Below the pieces are notes generated by a model, which worked only from the letters and a program-made list of their open reading frames with translations, made no database searches and was not told where the DNA came from. DNA of 64,000 bases from Ignavibacteria bacterium (GTDB taxonomy: Bacteria > Bacteroidota > Ignavibacteria > UBA10030): contig VGWB01000001.1 of NCBI GenBank assembly GCA_016873755.1, positions 3,387-67,386 of the forward strand. Reading direction: 5' to 3'. Positions 9,328-17,400 of the stretch are shown in pieces (position 1 is the first letter of the stretch; each line of letters opens with the position of its first letter). Made by a program: the position numbers and the translations under genes.

Positions 9328-10140
9328 ATGAGGGTCATAATTCAACCGAACTACAATCATGTCAGCAAATGGGTTGCCAACTATGTCGTCAAGAAGATCA
9401 GGGAAGCGAAGCCGACGGCCGATCGGCCGTTTGTGCTTGGCCTGCCCACCGGCTCATCGCCCCTCGGCACCTATAAGGAGCTGATTGAGCTGCACAAGAA
9501 AGGGGAGGTGTCGTTCAGCAACGTTGTGACGTTCAACATGGACGAGTACATCGGGATCCCGGAGGACCACCCCGAGAGCTACCATTCGTTCATGTGGAAT
9601 AACTTCTTCAAGCAGATCGACATCAAGAAGGAGAACGCGAACATTCTGAACGGCAACGCCAAAGACCTTGCGAAGGAATGCGAGCAGTACGAGGCGAAGA
9701 TCAAGAAAGTCGGCGGTATTCAGCTCTTTCTTGGCGGCATTGGACCCGATGGGCACATCGCGTTCAACGAGCCTGGTTCGTCACTCGCGTCGAAGACCAG
9801 GGTCAAGACGCTGACATACGACACCATCCTTGCGAACGCGCGGTTCTTCGACAACGACATCTCCAAAGTGCCCAAGACAGCGCTGACGGTGGGTGTGGCC
9901 ACGGTGCTCGACGCGAACGAGGTGCTTATCATCATCAACGGATACAAGAAGGCTCGTGCGTTGGCGATGGTTGTCGAAGCCGGCGTCAATCATATGTGGA
10001 CGGTGAGTGCGCTGCAGCTCCATCCGCACGGCATCATCGTGTGTGATGATGAAGCGACCCTGGAACTCAAGGTAGGGACCGTAAAGTACTTCAAAGACAT
10101 CGAGGCTCCGAATCTCGATCCGGCTACGCTTCTTCGGTGA
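9328..10140 (+). CDS. nagB: Glucosamine-6-phosphate deaminase/isomerase (NagB/AgaI family), copy 2; about 60-65% identical to copy 1
   Basis: 270 aa. '[15 protein letters not shown]', 'NMDEYIG' and '[15 protein letters not shown]' are present. RBS 'AAGGAGAAG' precedes the start. Confidence 0.9.
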   Translation: MRVIIQPNYNHVSKWVANYVVKKIREAKPTADRPFVLGLPTGSSPLGTYKELIELHKKGEVSFSNVVTFNMDEYIGIPEDHPESYHSFMWNNFFKQIDIKKENANILNGNAKDLAKECEQYEAKIKKVGGIQLFLGGIGPDGHIAFNEPGSSLASKTRVKTLTYDTILANARFFDNDISKVPKTALTVGVATVLDANEVLIIINGYKKARALAMVVEAGVNHMWTVSALQLHPHGIIVCDDEATLELKVGTVKYFKDIEAPNLDPATLLR

Positions 10141-10235
10141 CGAGAGCGTGCGGCTCTGAACACGAACGGGCGAGGGTTCCCTCGCCCGTCGTCATTTCCT
10201 GCGCGCCGCCAGCAGTCGAAATCGCCGGTGGCGAC

Positions 10236-10913
10236 TCAGATTTGAATTGCCTTCACAAACCTCTTGACGATCTCGATCGGTCTGCTGATAGCCGTTCCAA
10301 CCACGACGGCGTGCGCCCCGAGTCGCATCGCGTACGCGAGTTGCTCGGGCGTCCAGAAGCGCCCCTCGGCAACAACCTGTCCTGGTAATCGCTTCGCGAG
10401 CATGCCAACCAAATCAAAATCCGGGACATCAAGGCGCACCTTACGTGTGTACTCCGTGTAGCCTGAGAGGGTTGTTGCTATGAAGTCTGCACCGGCCTTT
10501 GACGCGGCGATTCCCTCTTCGAATGTCGCGATATCCGCCATAAGGGGAATAGGGACTCGGCGCTTGACCTCGACCACCATCGAGGGGCCATCCATGCCGT
10601 TTGGCCGCACACGATGAGTGGCATCGAGCGCAGCAAGGTTGCCACCGGCCTGGGCGATCGCCTCGATATCGTCGATCGTTGCAGTGATGAGGACCTCGCC
10701 GTTTGAGAAGACGGATTTTGTGATTCCGATGATCGGAAGCTGAATGACTTTCTTGACTGCCCGAATATTCTCGATCCCGCGAACGCGCACCGCAACCGCC
10801 CCGCCGATCTGAGCAGCCCTGGCAAAAGCAGCAACAGACTCGGGATTGTCGAACGGACCGTTTTCTTCTGCCTGGCAGGAAACGATAAGACCGCGCTGGA
10901 GGAGTGGCGACAT
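10236..10913 (-). CDS. nanE: N-acetylmannosamine-6-phosphate 2-epimerase
   Basis: 'LQRGLIVSCQA...' is the NanE N-terminal signature, and the 'IIGI' and 'ATTLSGYT' regions match. The ATG at 10913 gives a 225-aa protein of typical NanE length. A GTG at 10976, directly abutting the GH38 stop codon, is an alternative coupled start. Confidence 0.8.
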   Translation of the reverse strand: MSPLLQRGLIVSCQAEENGPFDNPESVAAFARAAQIGGAVAVRVRGIENIRAVKKVIQLPIIGITKSVFSNGEVLITATIDDIEAIAQAGGNLAALDATHRVRPNGMDGPSMVVEVKRRVPIPLMADIATFEEGIAASKAGADFIATTLSGYTEYTRKVRLDVPDFDLVGMLAKRLPGQVVAEGRFWTPEQLAYAMRLGAHAVVVGTAISRPIEIVKRFVKAIQI

Positions 10914-10976
10914 GACTCTCAGAAGGCGTTTGCTGGATGTTTCAACTGGATGGTCAATGCCGGCAGCAGTTCGCAC

Positions 10977-13900
10977 TCACCGCTTCGGCTTGAACGCAAG
11001 CTTGAGCGTTTTGATTTCAAATGGTGAGAACTTGAGCGTAAGCTTCGATTTCACTGGCTTAAGCGGCGCCAGATCGTTCTCCAACATATCGCATTCCGCT
11101 ACAGCTTCAAGCCGCGCGCCGAATTCAAATGTAACCTTGGCGGGTTGACCGTGCGCTTCGTGGATCCGGACGATCACATCGTCGCTATCCTCTGCCTTCT
11201 TGATGCAATCGACGATGATGCTCGAACTTGCATAGCTGATCAACGGGCTGATTCGGTCCGCCGATCCCCGAATAACAAGTGGGACCTGATTGAATTCACG
11301 CGCCCGCTGAAGGGTCTCACCGGTCCGCCAATCGCCGGCGTGGGGATAGAGCGCGTAGCTGAGTTGATGGTCCCCTTGATCCGTGACCCGATTGTCGGTC
11401 AACCGCAACGGATCAAGAGGATGGGGATAGTGGGGTGAGCGGAGCAGTGTCAGCCGAAGCCTGTTCTCGCTCGCATCGTATCCGTACTTGCAGTCGTTGA
11501 TGAGACTGACGCCCGCTTTCTGCTCGGACAGATCGGCCCACTGCTGTGCGGGGACTTCGTACATCGCTCTGTGTCGGAGCTCCGTTGGCTTCGTGGTGCG
11601 CTGCAGCGCACCGAATTGGATCTCGTAGGTCGCATTGCTTGTCTTGACGTTCAGCGGGAACGAAACCTTCAGCAGAGTCTGCTTCTCTTTCCACCGAACG
11701 GAGGTCAGGAAATCGATGCGCCGGGACTTGTGATAGAACCTGATGTCCTGAGAGACGCTCGAGCCGCTATCCGATTTGTGCTCGATCCGAATCGCCGCCC
11801 GGAGCGGGCCCATCTCCAGGATTCGAATTCTGTTGAATTTCAGAAGTTCAAACTGCTTGCTCGGATACTCGGGATCGATCTCCCAGGCATCCCACTGCTT
11901 TGGAGTATCCTTGAAGCTCTGGAACACATTTGCACGCGCACCCTTGGCGATGAGCTCGCGCCGGAGTGTCTTGTCGTAGAGAGACGTGAAATGGCCCTTC
12001 GAATCGAGCCGCAAGCGATACAGCGGTGTGTCGACAAGGCGGTGGCTGATTTTCCACGGCGCAGCCGCAGCCGGCTGCGTGGTGCTCGGGCTGACGACAA
12101 GATTGGCGAAGGAAAACGGGGGGACGTTTTCCAGATAACAGAGCAGATGGACAATCCCTTTCTTCCGTCCAAGAATCTGATGGTCGACGGCCCTCCCATG
12201 GTCGTCGAGCACAAGGAAGTTCTTCCCTTTCGACTTCACCTCGAGGAGTACATACTCGTTCCGTTTCCATGCAAGCGGATTGAATATCGCAAAATCGTAC
12301 TCGCGCGTTCTTCGCTTCACGTTCTTCACAAGGCCGGAGAGTGCCCGGTGTTGCAGTTGTTCGCAGGTCCTGCGGATCTCTGCAAAATCCTTCCGCACGT
12401 CATCGAGCACTTCAGCAATGGAGGTCCCGGTGACGATGTCGTGGAACTGATTGAGCAACAACTTCTTCCACGCTTTCTCAATCTGATCCTGTTCGTAGCG
12501 GCGGGAGGCCGCTGTCGCGCCGAATATCCAGCCGAGAACGGACAGCAGCTCCGTGGCGTAGAGCTGCGATTCTGCTTGGCGGTTCTCGCGTTTCACCCAG
12601 CCGAGCGTCGTGTACGTTCCGCGGTGTTTCTCCAGGTACAGCTCGTCATCCCATGTCTCCAGCTCACCCGCGTGCTCCTCAACCACTTTGAAGAATCCTG
12701 TGACCGATGAGAACGTTGAGGGAGGCAATCCAACGATCGTGCGCAGGATTCTCCAGGATTCGATCTGTTCCTTCGTTGGTCCACCACCGCCATCACCAAA
12801 ACCGAATGTCTGAAGAGTCTCCGGACTCTCTTCTTTCTCAACGAATCCCTCCCAGCTCTTCTTGAGATCTTTCGGTGCTATTGATCCTTCCAACCCCACC
12901 GCGGGTGCATGCGAGAGCACCTTTGAGCCGTCAATTCCCTGCCACCAGAAGGTGTTGTGGCGGAATTTCGTCGTGTCGTTCCAGGTGAGCTTGGTTGTGA
13001 AGAAATACTTGATTCCAGTCTTCTTCAGTATTTGCGGGAGCGCCCAGCTATAGCCGAAGCTGTCCGGCAGCCACAAGACATCAGAATCTAGTCCAAATTC
13101 CCTCCTGAAGAACCGCTTTCCGTGGAGAATCTGACGCACCAACGATTCTCCGTTTGGGATGTTGCAGTCAGGCTCCACCCAGGTCGAGCCGATGGGATGC
13201 CAGCGGCCTTCGCTGACCTTCTGCTTGATCTCCTTGTAGAGGTCAGGATACTTCTCCTTGACTAACTCGTACAGCAAGGCCTGGGACTGCGTGTAGGAAA
13301 GCTCGGGGAATTCCTCCATCAAGCGCAAGACCGTTGAGAACGTTCGCGCACACTTACGTTTTGTCTCCTGCAATCTCCAGAGCCACACAACATCGATGTG
13401 CGATTGCGCGATGAGGTGAATGAGCCCCTGGATGTCAGTTTTGTACTCGGTTTCGAGAGTTCTCGAAAGAAAATTGTACGCGCGTACGATCGCGTTGGGA
13501 TACTCCTCTCCCTCGGGCTTGAAATATTTCAAGAAAACGAGGGTCTGACGGATGATCTCTCGTACCTCTTTCGACTCCGGGGTGGATTGGCCGGCGGTCC
13601 TTTCCAGCTCGTGAAGCGCGAGAAGACCATGGTAGAGCAAGCGAGCGGTGGGATTGAGGGTAACAAGTTCAGCAGAGTTGAACGTGCTCAACTCGCTCCT
13701 CCGTCCGCTGTATGCCTCGATGGCGACGAGGAAGCTCTGGTTCGTACGTGCCCTTGTGGTAAGAAGGACCTCCTGGTGGTGTGAATCGACCCCGTGGTAG
13801 GGCTTTCCGTTCAGGTACAGGAGCGATTCAGGCAGGTCGAGGAGCAGTGCGACGGGTTTCCCCGAAAACTCCCGGGGCACTCTGACGCGCCTTCGGAACC

Positions 13901-14090
13901 AGACCGTCTTGTCGTAGCCGCCCCACGGGGCGGGAATAGTGTATTTCCACCACTTCGTATCATTCAGAGACGGTGACGCTGCATGAGGAAATTCCCCTTC
14001 TTTCAATTTCCAGTCGGACAAAGGGACAGATGCCGGATAGATGTGGCTCTTGATGAAGGGGAGAGTCTGGGTGAGGAGATCGATTGCCAT
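10977..14090 (-). CDS. Glycoside hydrolase family 38 alpha-mannosidase; cytoplasmic (no signal peptide), with a ~230-aa N-terminal extension
   Basis: 1037 aa. The GH38 catalytic-region motif 'HIDVVWLWRL' (HxDxxWLW) and the aromatic-rich central and C-terminal domains are present. No N-terminal hydrophobic segment. Confidence 0.85.
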   Translation of the reverse strand: MAIDLLTQTLPFIKSHIYPASVPLSDWKLKEGEFPHAASPSLNDTKWWKYTIPAPWGGYDKTVWFRRRVRVPREFSGKPVALLLDLPESLLYLNGKPYHGVDSHHQEVLLTTRARTNQSFLVAIEAYSGRRSELSTFNSAELVTLNPTARLLYHGLLALHELERTAGQSTPESKEVREIIRQTLVFLKYFKPEGEEYPNAIVRAYNFLSRTLETEYKTDIQGLIHLIAQSHIDVVWLWRLQETKRKCARTFSTVLRLMEEFPELSYTQSQALLYELVKEKYPDLYKEIKQKVSEGRWHPIGSTWVEPDCNIPNGESLVRQILHGKRFFRREFGLDSDVLWLPDSFGYSWALPQILKKTGIKYFFTTKLTWNDTTKFRHNTFWWQGIDGSKVLSHAPAVGLEGSIAPKDLKKSWEGFVEKEESPETLQTFGFGDGGGGPTKEQIESWRILRTIVGLPPSTFSSVTGFFKVVEEHAGELETWDDELYLEKHRGTYTTLGWVKRENRQAESQLYATELLSVLGWIFGATAASRRYEQDQIEKAWKKLLLNQFHDIVTGTSIAEVLDDVRKDFAEIRRTCEQLQHRALSGLVKNVKRRTREYDFAIFNPLAWKRNEYVLLEVKSKGKNFLVLDDHGRAVDHQILGRKKGIVHLLCYLENVPPFSFANLVVSPSTTQPAAAAPWKISHRLVDTPLYRLRLDSKGHFTSLYDKTLRRELIAKGARANVFQSFKDTPKQWDAWEIDPEYPSKQFELLKFNRIRILEMGPLRAAIRIEHKSDSGSSVSQDIRFYHKSRRIDFLTSVRWKEKQTLLKVSFPLNVKTSNATYEIQFGALQRTTKPTELRHRAMYEVPAQQWADLSEQKAGVSLINDCKYGYDASENRLRLTLLRSPHYPHPLDPLRLTDNRVTDQGDHQLSYALYPHAGDWRTGETLQRAREFNQVPLVIRGSADRISPLISYASSSIIVDCIKKAEDSDDVIVRIHEAHGQPAKVTFEFGARLEAVAECDMLENDLAPLKPVKSKLTLKFSPFEIKTLKLAFKPKR

Positions 14091-14222
14091 CGGTGTGATG
14101 TCAGTCAGAATGGGCCAGTCGCGATCAACATTCGGTAAAACCGGCTAGAAAATAGGCATTGTTAGGTGATATGTCAAGTGAGTTCACGGCAAGGGATTGC
14201 GTGAGCTGGGATGATGCATTTC

Positions 14223-14251
14223 TTGACATTTTCGGGGGTTTGGAGTAATTT
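14223..14251 (+). promoter_or_regulatory. Sigma70-like promoter (TTGACA-N17-TAATTT), about 200 nt upstream of the giant T9SS cargo gene
   Basis: TTGACA at 14223-14228, a 17-nt spacer, then TAATTT at 14246-14251. It lies in the 330-bp divergent intergenic region, which would give a long 5' leader. Confidence 0.4.
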
Positions 14252-14465
14252 GGCAGGGGGAGAAACCAGCCTTACCGTTTGAAGTCGAACGATCTCGCTT
14301 GTTCGAAATCACAGCCAGTCACGCCGTCAGACTGTATTTCATGGAGAAAGGGATCTTAAGCTGTGCACCGATGGACTTCACTGATTTTCTCATCACCAGC
14401 TTCAGGAATCCGCGTACTCTTTGTCTTCTGTCAAGAACGTCCAGCATCCAATGCGTGAGGTTCCA

Positions 14466-17400
14466 ATGAAGAGTCTACTGATACCCTTCGTGTCCCTATC
14501 GCTTCTCGGATTCGCAGAGGCTCAGGATCTGAACTGGGAGCGAACAAGCGGCCCGCCTAGCGGCAAGGTGTTAGCTTTGGCCATCAGCGGGACGAACATC
14601 TTTGCAGGGGCAAGTGGTGGGGGCGTGTTTCTTTCGACGAACAATGGGACGACCTGGATTGCAGTGAACACTGGGTTGACGAACTTGGATGCTGGCGCAC
14701 TTGCCGTCAGCGGGACGAATCTCTTTGCGGGGACGTCTGGTGGTGTTTTTCTTTCCACGAACAACGGAACAAGCTGGACAGCGGCAAACAATGGATTGAC
14801 GAACACGAATGTTCTTGCCTTGGCTGTGAGCGGGTCGAACATCTTTGCGGGAACGTTTGGTGGTGTTTTTCTTTCCACGAACAACGGAACAAGCTGGACG
14901 GCGGTAAACACTGGGTTGACGAACACGATTATTTACGCATTGGCCGTGAGCGGGTCGAACATCTTTGCGGGGACATATGGTGGCGGTGTTTTTCGTTCGA
15001 CGAACAACGGAACAAGTTGGACAGCGACAAGCAGTGGGCTAACGAATTTGTATGTGCAGGCATTTGCCGTTAGCGGGACGAACATGTTTGCGGGGACATC
15101 CGGTGGTGGTGCCGTGTTCCTCTCAACGAACAACGGAACAAGCTGGACGGCGGTCAACACTGGGTTGACGAACATAAATGTTTTTGCCTTGGCGGTGAGT
15201 GGCGCGAACACCTTTGCGGGAACGGAGTTTGGTGGTGTTAATCTTTCGATGAACAACGGAAAGAGTTGGACGGCCGTCAACAATGGGCTGACGAATATGA
15301 ACGTTCGGGCATTGGCTGTGAGTGGGGCCAATATCTTCGCCGGGACGTGGGGAGATGGTGTTTTCCGGAGCTCGCTGCCTGCCAGTCTCCTTCCGTCTAT
15401 TCCGGAACAAGAGCCGAACAACACGGCAGGCCAGGCGAATCAAATAGCACTTGGAGATATTGTCGCCGGCTCCTTTTCCGTCCCCGGTGATGTTGACTAT
15501 TTCAAGCTCAACCTTGCTGCTCTTGATACGATCGATCTGCTTGGAAGCAACGCGGCAGGCTCGACCATCGATGCATATCTGAAGTTGTACGATGCATCCG
15601 GCAACCTCCTGGAGGAGAGTGACGACTTTCTGAGCACGGAGGCATCTCGCATCATCTGCGTGATTCCCTCCGGTGGGACATATTATATACGGTATGCTTG
15701 CCATCCAACGGGCGGGGAATATCCGAATGCGGTTGGCAAAAAGTCCGGTGCTCACTCGAACGATCTCAGCGAGCTTGAGAGTGTGACTCTGCTTCAGAAG
15801 TCCGTCCCTGCGCTTTCCGATACGGGAAGCTACCGGCTGATTGTTCGGAGGTTCAGGCCATCCGCTCCTCAGGTCAGAACGTCGGGGGGCTATAACATCT
15901 TCCACAATTCGGCCGCGTTTGATGGTGATTTCTACCCCAACGGTCTTCCTACAGCGCTGACCGTCGAGTACGGAACAACAACCGGCTACGGTTCCATGCG
16001 GCTGTTGGCAACGGCTCTCGATATCTTCGGCCAGTACTGTTCCGATGAGTTGCAGTCATTGTCTCCCAACACGGAATACCACTACCGACTCGTTGCGACA
16101 AACAGTCTCGGCAGGTCCGAGACAGCGAACGAGTCCTTCACCACTCCTCCGGCGCCGGATGGCTGGGTACGCGTACGGACGGGGACGACGCCCCTACTCA
16201 GGAATGTCGCTTTCGCGAATGTCAGCCTAGGCATGGCGGTTGGCGGAGACGGCTTGATCCTGAAAACGACGGACGGGGGGAGTTCGTGGACGCCTCTGAC
16301 CAGCAACACGTACGAGTATCTTCGCGGCATCGCGCTGGCGAGCCCGAGTGTTGCTCTTGCAGTCGGCAACAGCGGCACGATCCTGCGGACGACCGACGGA
16401 GGCACGACGTGGATAAGCAGGGCTTCAGGTACCACCTTGGAATTGACGGACGCTTGTTTCTCGGATGCGAACACGAGTGTCGTCGTTGGGAACGGCGGAT
16501 CAATGTTACGCACAACGGACGGCGGAGTGTCGTGGAATTCGATCAATAGCGGGACGACGCAGAATTTCCGCGGCGTGGATTTCGGAAACCCGAGCATCGG
16601 CATCGCCGTTGGAGCGAGCGGAACCATTCTCCGCACAACCGATGGTGGGAAGTCGTGGACGCTTGTGACCAGTCCGGTACCGGATTTCCTGTACAAAGTC
16701 TATATGGTAAATGAAAGAGTTGGCTTCGTGGCCGGAGCCGCGGGGATATTGCTGAAGACAACCGACGGTGGATCCTCCTGGGTGCGATTGACGAGCGGGA
16801 CTGACGCAATGCTCATCGGCATCTCCTTCTCGGACGAGCGAAATGGGATTACCGTGGGATTTGACCATCGATTGCTGCGGACGAAAGACGGCGGGGCAAC
16901 CTGGGCGAATGAGGAGAGCGGCACGTGGAACGATCTCTACGGCGCGGTGTTCGCGGGGACGAGTGCAATTGCGGTGGGAGACCACGCGACCGTGCTTCGA
17001 AAGGACATGGGGCCAGGCGCTGCCATCTCGGTTCAAGTGTTGAGTCCGAACGGCGGCGAATTCTGGAATGAGGACCTAGGTCACCGCATTCGCTGGCAGG
17101 CGAGCGAAAGCTCCGGGAAGACGATCAGCCGAATTCAAATCCTATACTCCGTGGATAACGGTGCTCACTATAGCGTCATCTTTGACTCTGTTGCCAACAC
17201 CGGCTCGCGCATCTGGGCAACTCCACGGACTCCGACCAAGGATGCGCGCGTGAGGGTTGTGGCTTATACCCCTGACGGCGCGTCTGCCTGGGACGAAAGC
17301 GATGCTCCCTTCACGATTGTGGATGTGGCGACATACGTACATCACACAGGTGTGCTTGCCCACACCGTGCGAAATGACGGCTTCACCGGCAGCGGAGGCG

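Noticed and set aside
11571-12710. 379-aa + strand ORF inside the GH38 gene
   Set aside because: It is entirely antisense to a homology-supported 1037-aa alpha-mannosidase gene, has no recognisable motifs, and is typical of GC-rich antisense frames.
14091-14420. Bacteroidia-type promoter motif (TAnnTTTG) in the divergent intergenic region
   Set aside because: Only imperfect matches were found (TACCGTTTG, TAATTTGG). A near-perfect sigma70 TTGACA-N17-TAATTT is present instead.
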